Assembly: GCA_036311025.1 (NCBI GenBank)
Contig: JAXJQT010000231.1
Coordinates: forward strand, 1 to 26,700
Reading direction: 5' to 3'
DNA length: 26,700 bases
Source of the DNA: Spirochaetota bacterium
GTDB taxonomy: Bacteria; Spirochaetota; GWE2-31-10
Position numbers and translations under genes: made by a program
Part shown: positions 19,252 to 26,700 of the stretch, in pieces
How the letters are laid out: every line of letters begins with the position of its first letter
Position numbering within the stretch: the stretch's first letter is position 1
The notes under the pieces: generated by a model
What the model was told of the DNA's origin: nothing
The model's input: only the letters and a program-made list of their open reading frames with translations
Database searches by the model: none

Positions 19252-19464
19252 TAAAATTATTTGTTTTCACATGTTTATAACAGACTCTTTTCTTTAATAT
19301 ATGTTCACTTTTTTTTTATAAAAAGTTATAACGGCTTATTTTTAGATTAAACTAGAAGCTTAAGTTTTTTTATAATAAAAAAGTAAAAACTAAGATTTTG
19401 AAATAATTTTGTTTATCATCGCACATTTATAAAATAAGTAAACTAATGACAGAAAGAGGTTTTT

Positions 19465-22374
19465 ATGAAACTTGGACTAGACATTGGCTCAACTACCATA
19501 AAATGCACGGTTTTGGACGATAATAATAAAATTATTCATCAGTCATACGACCGCCATTACTCCCGTATAATAGAACAAGCAAAAATACTTTTTAATAATT
19601 TAGCCATAAAGTTCCCTGACGCACAAATGCAGATTGCAATTTCCGGTTCTGCCGGAATGGGAATTGCCGACAGTTTAAATATCCCTTTTATACAAGAAGT
19701 ATATGCCACAAAAGTTGCTGCCGAACATTTTGCTCCTGGAACAGATACAATAATCGAACTCGGCGGAGAAGATGCTAAAATCCTCTTTCTTACGGGAAAT
19801 CTGGAAGTCCGCATGAACGGATCATGTGCCGGCGGAACAGGTGCATTTATAGACCAAATGTCTACATTACTGAATCTTTCTGTCGCCGAAATGAACGAAG
19901 AAGCTAAAAAATCTCAAAAGATTTATACAATCGCATCTCGCTGCGGTGTTTTTGCAAAATCAGATATACAACCCTTATTAAATCAAGGTGCATTAAAAAG
20001 TGATATATCTGCAAGTATATTTGCAGCGGTAGTCAATCAAACGATAGCCGGCTTAGCACAAGGTCGCCCGATAGAAGGAAATATCTTATATTTAGGCGGA
20101 CCGCTTACTTTTATATCTGAATTGCGAAAAGCTTTCGATACTGCTTTAGGGAAAAACGGTGTATGTCCGGAAAACTCACTTTATTTTGTAGCTATCGGAA
20201 GTGCAATGCAAGCAGCTACATCCATATCTCTTTCTGATGTAATACAACGACTCGACCATTATAAAGGAAGCAACACGTCTTCTGCAACTTTGCCGGCGTT
20301 GTTTAAAAATGAAGCAGAATACAAAGAATTCGTTTCTCGCCATGAAAAAGACCAAGTTCCGTGTCGAAATCCGGACACCTATAACGGCGACGTATTTCTC
20401 GGAATAGATGCCGGGTCTACTACTATCAAAATGACTGTAATAAACAAAGACCGCGAAGTTCTGCTTACAAGTTATCAATCAAACAGCGGAAATCCTATTC
20501 CTCACGTGCAAAACTTTTTGGAAAATCTATATAAAAATTATCCCCATTTGCATTTAGCCGGTGCGGCTGTTACCGGATACGGTGAAGAAATTATCAAAAA
20601 TGCATTTTTAATTGATGAAAATATTGTTGAGACTGTAGCTCACTTTACTGCAGCAAAAGCTTTTTTACCTGATGTAGAATTTATCATCGATATCGGCGGA
20701 CAAGATATTAAATGTTTCAAGATTGCCAACGGAACAATTGATAATATATTCTTAAATGAAGCTTGTTCGTCCGGTTGCGGCTCTTTTTTGCAAACTTTTG
20801 CCAGTGCTTTAGGTCACTCTATTTCTGACTTTGCAAAATTCGGCCTAAAAGCCGACCGACCAGTCGATTTAGGTTCTCGCTGTACGGTATTTATGAATTC
20901 TTCTGTTAAACAAGCTCAAAAAGACGGTGCGACAATCGAAAATATTTCAGCGGGACTGTCTATCAGTGTCGTAAAAAATGCACTTTATAAAGTAATACGT
21001 GTCGGTTCTGCCAACGAATTGGGAACAAAAATCGTAGTCCAAGGCGGAACATTTCTAAATGATGCAGTACTGCGAGCATTTGAACAAGAACTCGGTGTAA
21101 ATGTAGTTCGTCCGTCACTGTCAGGACTCATGGGAGCATACGGAGCCGCACTTTATGCAGCAGAACACGTCAAACACGAAACAACCGTACTTTCTGCCGA
21201 GCAATTAAAAACATTTAAACATGAAGTAAAAGCTGCAAGTTGCGGTTTGTGCAACAACCATTGCCAGCTGACAATAAATACATTCGGCAATGACAGAAAA
21301 TTCATCGGCGGAAACAGATGTGAACGTCCGGTAACAAAAAAAGACTCTGTCAACAACTTAGATATGTATCAATATAAACTAGAACTACTGCAAAGTTATT
21401 GCCAAACAACAAACAACGCCAAGCGAGGTAAAATAGGAATCCCTATGGGACTTAATTTCTATGAACTATTACCTTTTTGGAATGCCTTTTTTACAGCGTT
21501 AGATTTTGAACCTGTCACATCCGGACTGTCAAACAGAGCTTTATTTCTCGACGGACAACACACAATTCCGTCAGATACGGTTTGTTTCCCGGCAAAACTT
21601 TTGCACGGACATATAAGAGCATTGATTAATAAAGGAATTAATAGGATTTTCTATCCTTGTATGTCGTACAATCTAAACGAAAATCTGGGAGACAATCACT
21701 ACAACTGCCCTGTCGTTGCATACTATCCGGAAGTTATCAATGCAAATATGCCGGAAATAAAACAACTTGATTTCAAATATGACTACCTGGGAATCCATCG
21801 AAAAAAAGACTTCCCTAAAAAAGTTTTGCCGATACTGCAAGAATGGGCTGCCGACATAACTTTGAAAGACGTACAAAAAGCAACTAAAGCTGCATATAAA
21901 GCTCACTTTGATTATCTGGCTCAAGTTCGTACTAAAGGCTGGGAAATGCTAAAAGAAGCTCGCAATAAAAATATGCCGATTATAATTCTTGCCGGTCGAC
22001 CTTATCATATCGACCCGGAAATTAATCACGGAATCAACAGATTGCTTGCTGCTTGTAACGTTGCCGTTATTTCTGAAGACGTCATCAGTGATAAAGTAAA
22101 ACGATTCCCGACAGCAGTATTAAATCAATGGACTTACCATTCCCGACTGTACGCTGCTGCCAAATACATCGGTGACATTAAAGATATGAATCTGATTCAG
22201 CTGGTATCATTCGGATGCGGCGTAGATGCAATTACTACAGATGAAGTTCGAAGTATTCTTGAAGAAAAAGGCAAAATATATACACAACTCAAAATCGATG
22301 AAATCACAAATCTCGGAGCAGTAAAAATCAGACTGCGAAGTCTTTTCGCTGCAATAGGCCACAAGGAGAGTTGA
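19465..22374 (+). CDS. 2-hydroxyacyl-CoA dehydratase activase-like protein (two BadF/BcrAD ATPase domains plus DUF2229-like domain)
   Basis: GLDIGSTT / ELGGEDAK / MNGSCAGGTG / ASRCGVF, and second GIDAGSTT / DIGGQD / NEACSSGCG / GSRCTVF; also CGLCNNHC, TVCFPAK, SFGCGVDA. SD GAGG. Confidence 0.92.
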   Translation: MKLGLDIGSTTIKCTVLDDNNKIIHQSYDRHYSRIIEQAKILFNNLAIKFPDAQMQIAISGSAGMGIADSLNIPFIQEVYATKVAAEHFAPGTDTIIELGGEDAKILFLTGNLEVRMNGSCAGGTGAFIDQMSTLLNLSVAEMNEEAKKSQKIYTIASRCGVFAKSDIQPLLNQGALKSDISASIFAAVVNQTIAGLAQGRPIEGNILYLGGPLTFISELRKAFDTALGKNGVCPENSLYFVAIGSAMQAATSISLSDVIQRLDHYKGSNTSSATLPALFKNEAEYKEFVSRHEKDQVPCRNPDTYNGDVFLGIDAGSTTIKMTVINKDREVLLTSYQSNSGNPIPHVQNFLENLYKNYPHLHLAGAAVTGYGEEIIKNAFLIDENIVETVAHFTAAKAFLPDVEFIIDIGGQDIKCFKIANGTIDNIFLNEACSSGCGSFLQTFASALGHSISDFAKFGLKADRPVDLGSRCTVFMNSSVKQAQKDGATIENISAGLSISVVKNALYKVIRVGSANELGTKIVVQGGTFLNDAVLRAFEQELGVNVVRPSLSGLMGAYGAALYAAEHVKHETTVLSAEQLKTFKHEVKAASCGLCNNHCQLTINTFGNDRKFIGGNRCERPVTKKDSVNNLDMYQYKLELLQSYCQTTNNAKRGKIGIPMGLNFYELLPFWNAFFTALDFEPVTSGLSNRALFLDGQHTIPSDTVCFPAKLLHGHIRALINKGINRIFYPCMSYNLNENLGDNHYNCPVVAYYPEVINANMPEIKQLDFKYDYLGIHRKKDFPKKVLPILQEWAADITLKDVQKATKAAYKAHFDYLAQVRTKGWEMLKEARNKNMPIIILAGRPYHIDPEINHGINRLLAACNVAVISEDVISDKVKRFPTAVLNQWTYHSRLYAAAKYIGDIKDMNLIQLVSFGCGVDAITTDEVRSILEEKGKIYTQLKIDEITNLGAVKIRLRSLFAAIGHKES

Positions 22375-22378
22375 TATT

Positions 22379-23686
22379 ATGGATAAAAATATAATCGAGC
22401 AATTGAATAAAAGAGAACGTGACAGTCAAGGACGAGTTTTATTTACCAAAGAAATGAAAGATTTCACAATTCTCATTCCTATGATGTTACCTATTCATTT
22501 TACATTGATAAAAAATGTTTTCAACCAAGCCGGTTACAATATGGAATTGCTTACAAACTCCGGGCCGGCTGTAGTACAAGAAGGACTAAAATACGTTCAT
22601 AACGACACTTGTTATCCGGCATTGTTGGTAATCGGACAATTTATAGACGCATTAAAAAGCGGAAAATATGATGTTACAAAAGTCGCATTGATTATCACAC
22701 AAACCGGCGGAGGCTGTCGTGCATCAAATTATATTCATCTACTGCGTAAAGCTCTGGACAAAGCAGGTTTTGGATTTGTACCGGTTGTATCTTTAAATTT
22801 CGGAGGACTGGAAAAAAATGCCGGTTTTAAACTGACAATTCCTATTTTGCGTCGTGCAATTGCAGCCGTTGCATACGGTGATGTACTTATGACTTTGAAC
22901 AATCAAGTCAAAGCATACGAAGACAATCCCGGAGAAACTCAAATACTCACTGACAACTGGGTGACAAAACTTGCCGACGAAGTCAGTCACGACCGCGGAC
23001 TTACAACTAAAGAAATGGAAAAAAATCTTCACGCCATTATAAAATCTTTCAGTAAAATCCCACGTCATGTAGTGCCTAAAGTAAAAGTCGGAATTGTCGG
23101 CGAAATATTTGTTAAATATTCAGGTTTGGGAAATAATGAGCTGGAAGCTTTTCTTGCTTCTCAAGATTGTGAAGTTATGGTTCCCGGACTAATGGGATTT
23201 ATGCTTTTTAAAATCGACAATCGATTGGAAGATATTCGCCTTTACGGTGGAAGTCGTATGAAAAAAATAGTAGTTTCTATTTTGATGCAATTTTTCGTTA
23301 AAATGGAAACACTTATGATTGATATATTCAAAGATTATCCTGAGTTTATTCCTCCGTCATCGTACAAACACACCAAATCTTTGGTAAAAGGAATAATCGG
23401 TTACGGCAACAAAATGGGCGAAGGTTGGCTTCTTACAGCTGAAATTTTGGAACTTATCGAACTAGGTTATGCAAATGTAGTTTGTACACAACCGTTCGGA
23501 TGTTTGCCGAACCACATTTGTGCAAAAGGAATGATTCACAAAATCAGAGAACGGTATAATGATGCAAATATTGTAGCCGTAGACTATGACCCGGGAGCGA
23601 CAAAGGTAAATCAAGAAAATCGAATCAAGCTAATGCTGTCGATTGCACGAGAAAATCTTGCAGGAAAAAATAACACTTATGACTAA
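22379..23686 (+). CDS. 2-hydroxyacyl-CoA dehydratase family subunit (partner of the activase)
   Basis: Motifs VHNDTCYPA, QTGGGCRASNY, VGEIFVK, GEGWLL, QPFGCLPNHICAKG, DYDPGA; starts 4 nt after the activase stop. Confidence 0.88.
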   Translation: MDKNIIEQLNKRERDSQGRVLFTKEMKDFTILIPMMLPIHFTLIKNVFNQAGYNMELLTNSGPAVVQEGLKYVHNDTCYPALLVIGQFIDALKSGKYDVTKVALIITQTGGGCRASNYIHLLRKALDKAGFGFVPVVSLNFGGLEKNAGFKLTIPILRRAIAAVAYGDVLMTLNNQVKAYEDNPGETQILTDNWVTKLADEVSHDRGLTTKEMEKNLHAIIKSFSKIPRHVVPKVKVGIVGEIFVKYSGLGNNELEAFLASQDCEVMVPGLMGFMLFKIDNRLEDIRLYGGSRMKKIVVSILMQFFVKMETLMIDIFKDYPEFIPPSSYKHTKSLVKGIIGYGNKMGEGWLLTAEILELIELGYANVVCTQPFGCLPNHICAKGMIHKIRERYNDANIVAVDYDPGATKVNQENRIKLMLSIARENLAGKNNTYD

Positions 23687-24944
23687 ATTATATTTAACAA
23701 AGACAGACACACTAGAATCTATTGAGATTCACAACAACACCACTATAGGAAGAGATATTTCGAATGAAATCGTTTTAGCCTCTTCCTATATCAGTAAATA
23801 TCACTGTAAACTGACAAAAAAAGATGACCAATGGCTGGTAAGTGATTTGCAATCTACCAACGGTACATTTTTAAACGAAGAAAAAATCACTCGTACCACA
23901 ATATTACGAGATAAAGATTTGATAATGTTAGGCAGTGCAGATTTTACTTATACCGTAAAAATTGAAGACAATACAGAAACTCAAGATATACAAACAAAAG
24001 TCATTAACAATGAAAACATTGCTGTACATACGGTTCAAGAGAAAAAGTCATCCACTTTTTCTAATCTTTTTAAGCTTCCTGCAAAAAATAATAATGACAG
24101 ACTTTTATATATATTGATACCGTCTATTGCCGCTATATTTTTGATTTTTTTAATCATCACAAGTATCATCGGATATTTAAAAAATCCGCCTCCGGAAAAA
24201 AGTACACAATCAAGCAACATAACAATACGTAACGAACGAACTACGCTTTCGACCGGAATTACACAAAATCAAGATGTCACACTACCGCAACAAAGAAAAA
24301 AGCGTTACATAGAAGACTTTATTGTTGAACAACTGATAAAACTCGGTGAAAAGCGTGAAAATATCACAACCGACATGATTACCCGAACCATTTATTACAT
24401 GGAACACTACAAGCAAGGTCAAACTTTTTATGACAGAATGAACGAGCGTAAAAAGTACGTCGAAATAATCGAAAACGAACTAAAAAAAGCCCAATTACCG
24501 TTAAGTTATTCTTTTATTCCCTTTGTAGAATCCGGCTATGACACAAATGCTTATAATAAAAAATCCTCAGCTCGCGGAATGTGGCAATTTTTACCTGCAA
24601 CGGCAAAAGAATACGGATTGACTGTAAATAAAAAAGTTGATGAACGAACCGATGTTCAAAAATCTGCAAAAGCTGCAGCAAAATATTTAGCCGATATGTG
24701 TGCGATATTCGGAAATGACGCTTTTTTACTTGTGACTGCTTCTTTCAACTGCGGTGATGCCCGATTGCGAAGTGCATTAAAAGAAGCCAACACACACGAC
24801 GGAAACATAAAAAGAAAGCGTTCATTCTTCTATCTGTATGATAAAAAATTAATTCCTGCAGAAACAAGAGATTATGTATTTAAAGTCGTAGCTGCAGTTT
24901 TACTGGATGAATATATTTCTCAACAAGAAGCTAAGGAGAAATAA
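23679..24944 (+). CDS. FHA domain - TM - MltD-like lytic transglycosylase fusion
   Basis: FHA motifs IGR, SKYH, DLQSTNGT; hydrophobic TM LLYILIPSIAAIFLIFLIITSIIGYL; SLT motifs VESGY, ARGMWQF, DERTD, ASFNCG, ETRDYV. ATG 23679 overlaps the upstream gene end. Confidence 0.88.
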   Translation: MTKLYLTKTDTLESIEIHNNTTIGRDISNEIVLASSYISKYHCKLTKKDDQWLVSDLQSTNGTFLNEEKITRTTILRDKDLIMLGSADFTYTVKIEDNTETQDIQTKVINNENIAVHTVQEKKSSTFSNLFKLPAKNNNDRLLYILIPSIAAIFLIFLIITSIIGYLKNPPPEKSTQSSNITIRNERTTLSTGITQNQDVTLPQQRKKRYIEDFIVEQLIKLGEKRENITTDMITRTIYYMEHYKQGQTFYDRMNERKKYVEIIENELKKAQLPLSYSFIPFVESGYDTNAYNKKSSARGMWQFLPATAKEYGLTVNKKVDERTDVQKSAKAAAKYLADMCAIFGNDAFLLVTASFNCGDARLRSALKEANTHDGNIKRKRSFFYLYDKKLIPAETRDYVFKVVAAVLLDEYISQQEAKEK

Positions 24945-24946
24945 AA

Positions 24947-25642
24947 ATGAATTGCTGGGAAAAACTACTTACCGACAACAACGAAGTTTTGCAAAGAATA
25001 TATTCAAAACTGGATGAAGATACTCAATCCGGAATCGAAATCACACCGCCGGAAAATCTGAGACTGCGTTTTACAAACAGAGATTTGTCTACTGTCAAAA
25101 TTTTGATTCTCGGACAAGACCCATATCCGCAATCCGGCGTAGCTACAGGAAGAGCATTTGAAGTCGGAACGCTGCACTCATGGTTTGATAATTTTCGAAA
25201 CACTTCATTAAAAAATATCGTCCGGGCAATTTATGCTGCTGAAAATGACGAAATCTTAAAGTTCAGCGAAATACTGCAAGAAATAAAGAACGGGAACTTC
25301 AATATTTTACCGCCGGATGAATTATTCGAATCGTTAGAAAAACAAGGAGTTTTGTTTCTAAACACAGCGTACACTTGCCAAGTCGGAAATCCCGGCTCTC
25401 ATATCAAACTATGGGAACCTTTTACAACTAACCTACTTTCATTCATTGCAAATGAAAATCCCGAAATCCTTTGGTTTATCTGGGGAAGTTTTGCCGAAAA
25501 ACAAACTCAAAATCTCCCGATAAAAAAGCTCGTTTCTTCACATCCTATGATATGTTGCAATAAACCAAAAGATTTTCTTTTTGATATAAATATGTTTAAA
25601 CAAACAAAAGATTTAATTAACTGGACAGGAATACAAGATTAA
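24947..25642 (+). CDS. ung: Uracil-DNA glycosylase (family 1-like, variant motifs)
   Basis: Motifs ILGQDPYP, ATGRAF, SLKNI, QGVLFLNT, GSH..LW, IWG..A, HP; SD AAGGAG. Confidence 0.88.
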   Translation: MNCWEKLLTDNNEVLQRIYSKLDEDTQSGIEITPPENLRLRFTNRDLSTVKILILGQDPYPQSGVATGRAFEVGTLHSWFDNFRNTSLKNIVRAIYAAENDEILKFSEILQEIKNGNFNILPPDELFESLEKQGVLFLNTAYTCQVGNPGSHIKLWEPFTTNLLSFIANENPEILWFIWGSFAEKQTQNLPIKKLVSSHPMICCNKPKDFLFDINMFKQTKDLINWTGIQD

Positions 25643-25671
25643 TGCTTATATATGGCTTTCAGGAGGGGAGA

Positions 25672-26268
25672 ATGCGTCATATAAAAATCAACAAAACAAT
25701 CTGGTCTATTTTTATTATTTTTACGGTATTTTGCGGCCATGCTATCGAAATTGTAAATCCGGAATCACCTAAAGATCCGGATGCTGACAAAAACAATGTT
25801 ACTAAAAAGCAATACAATATCGACTTTAAAAAACAAGACGGACTTTTTTATCGAGGATTTACCGAAGGAATGACCGGCTTTTACTTAGACCAATTGACTT
25901 GGGAAGGTAACAGCGAAGGAAATCAAGCAAAGCTTATCGATTTCGTAAAATCTATCAATATAAAAGGCTACAAAATGAGTAAGCGTACAGCCGAAAATCT
26001 TTCGGTCGTTTATTATGTTCCTTATATATTCGATATAGAATTGAAAAACGGCACCATGATAAAAAATGCGAAAGGCAGAATTCCGCAAATCGATTCATTT
26101 TATGTTTACGACGAAACCGGAAAAGAAAAATGTTTCACATATTTTTTGCGTTATTGGCTTGAAGATAAACGCATTTTTTCAGACAACAACTCTAATGATT
26201 ATGATGAAACGCCGCCGTTGCCGAAAGAGCTTGTGACTTTTATCGAATTTAATACACAAAAAAAATAA
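25672..26268 (+). CDS. Hypothetical secreted protein
   Basis: SD AGGAGG at 25661-25666 before ATG 25672; signal peptide MRHIKINKTIWSIFIIFTVFCGHA. Confidence 0.78.
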   Translation: MRHIKINKTIWSIFIIFTVFCGHAIEIVNPESPKDPDADKNNVTKKQYNIDFKKQDGLFYRGFTEGMTGFYLDQLTWEGNSEGNQAKLIDFVKSINIKGYKMSKRTAENLSVVYYVPYIFDIELKNGTMIKNAKGRIPQIDSFYVYDETGKEKCFTYFLRYWLEDKRIFSDNNSNDYDETPPLPKELVTFIEFNTQKK

Positions 26269-26283
26269 GGAAATCATAATAAA

Positions 26284-26550
26284 ATGCGACTTGATAAATA
26301 TTTAAAAACTGCGTTGATTTTCAAGACAAGAAGCGGCGGTGAGAAAAACATCGAAAACGGCGGCGTTTTGCTTAACGGCAAAGTCGCTAAACCTGCTGCA
26401 AACGTAAAAGAAGGCGACTTGATTACAATCCGTACGCTGGAAAAAGAAACAACGTATAAAATTTTGCAACTGTTAGAAAAAAACGTATCACGCCAAATGG
26501 CTCGTGAAATGTACGAAATAGTAAGCGAAACAAAACTTGATTTGATATAA
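26284..26550 (+). CDS. S4-domain RNA-binding protein (Hsp15/YabO-RqcP family)
   Basis: MRLDKYLK...KTRS...VLLNGKVAKPAANVKEGDLITI...MYEI; 88 aa. Confidence 0.92.
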   Translation: MRLDKYLKTALIFKTRSGGEKNIENGGVLLNGKVAKPAANVKEGDLITIRTLEKETTYKILQLLEKNVSRQMAREMYEIVSETKLDLI

Positions 26551-26563
26551 AAAGACTTTTTAT

Positions 26564-26607
26564 AATCCCCTGAAAGCTCCACTCGCTTGTCAGGGGATTT
26601 TTATTTT
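26564..26607. terminator. Rho-independent terminator (probably bidirectional)
   Basis: AATCCCCTGA-AAGC...GCTT-G-TCAGGGGATT followed by TTTATTTT. Confidence 0.85.
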
Positions 26608-26631
26608 AAGCCATTCTCGATTTACACAATT

Positions 26632-26700
26632 TTATTTAGAACGAACAACACGAAAGCCATATTTGACAGTTTCGTGATGTAACGTCACACATCTTACTAC
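26632..26700 (-). CDS. 3' end of a convergent gene, probably FGE-sulfatase/SUMF1 (CLec-fold) family
   Basis: Minus strand reads VVRCVTLHHETVKYGFRVVRSK-stop (TAA at 26634-26632). GFRVVR is the typical C-terminal motif of this family. Confidence 0.5.
   Translation of the reverse strand, partial: VVRCVTLHHETVKYGFRVVRSK

Noticed and set aside
16747..19451. AACTAATGACA shared by two upstream regions (16747 and 19441)
   Set aside because: An AT-rich 11-mer at different distances from the starts and without shared symmetry; compatible with chance.
19252..19464. AT-rich palindromes (GTTATAAC, TTTTTATAAAAA) upstream of the activase
   Set aside because: Low-complexity sequence; no convincing Rex/CRP/TetR site could be assigned.
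26274..26582. 102-aa minus-strand ORF
   Set aside because: Antisense shadow of the S4-domain gene; it starts inside the terminator.

Overview
An AT-rich bacterial chromosomal segment that is mostly housekeeping. A spirochaete-like host is inferred only from the look of some hypothetical proteins. From left to right it holds: (1) a minus-strand arginine/carbamoyl-phosphate operon argJ-argB-argD-carA-carB, where carB runs off the left edge and is missing from the ORF track, and no argC is present; (2) a LMW protein-tyrosine phosphatase + Cof/HAD phosphatase pair, divergent from an apparently leaderless HTH-WYL regulator that has an upstream palindrome and a long downstream hairpin; (3) an HI0933 flavoprotein, a dGTPase and a PpiC-type PPIase lipoprotein; (4) an orphan kinase/STAS partner-switch pair (slr1658/slr1659- or SiaB/SiaC-like) divergent from an MCP; (5) a secreted hypothetical protein; (6) flavin reductase - PLP aminotransferase - compact phage-type ThyX; (7) a 2-hydroxyacyl-CoA dehydratase activase/dehydratase-like pair, followed by an FHA-TM-lytic transglycosylase fusion, a variant UNG, a secreted hypothetical and an S4/Hsp15 (RqcP-like) gene; (8) at the right edge, the possible 3' end of a convergent FGE-sulfatase/CLec-like gene. 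I found no tRNA, rRNA, CRISPR array, transposase or integrase. No complete novel system can be demonstrated from the sequence alone. The best leads are the WYL module, the FHA-SLT fusion, the phage-like ThyX and the orphan partner-switch pair.
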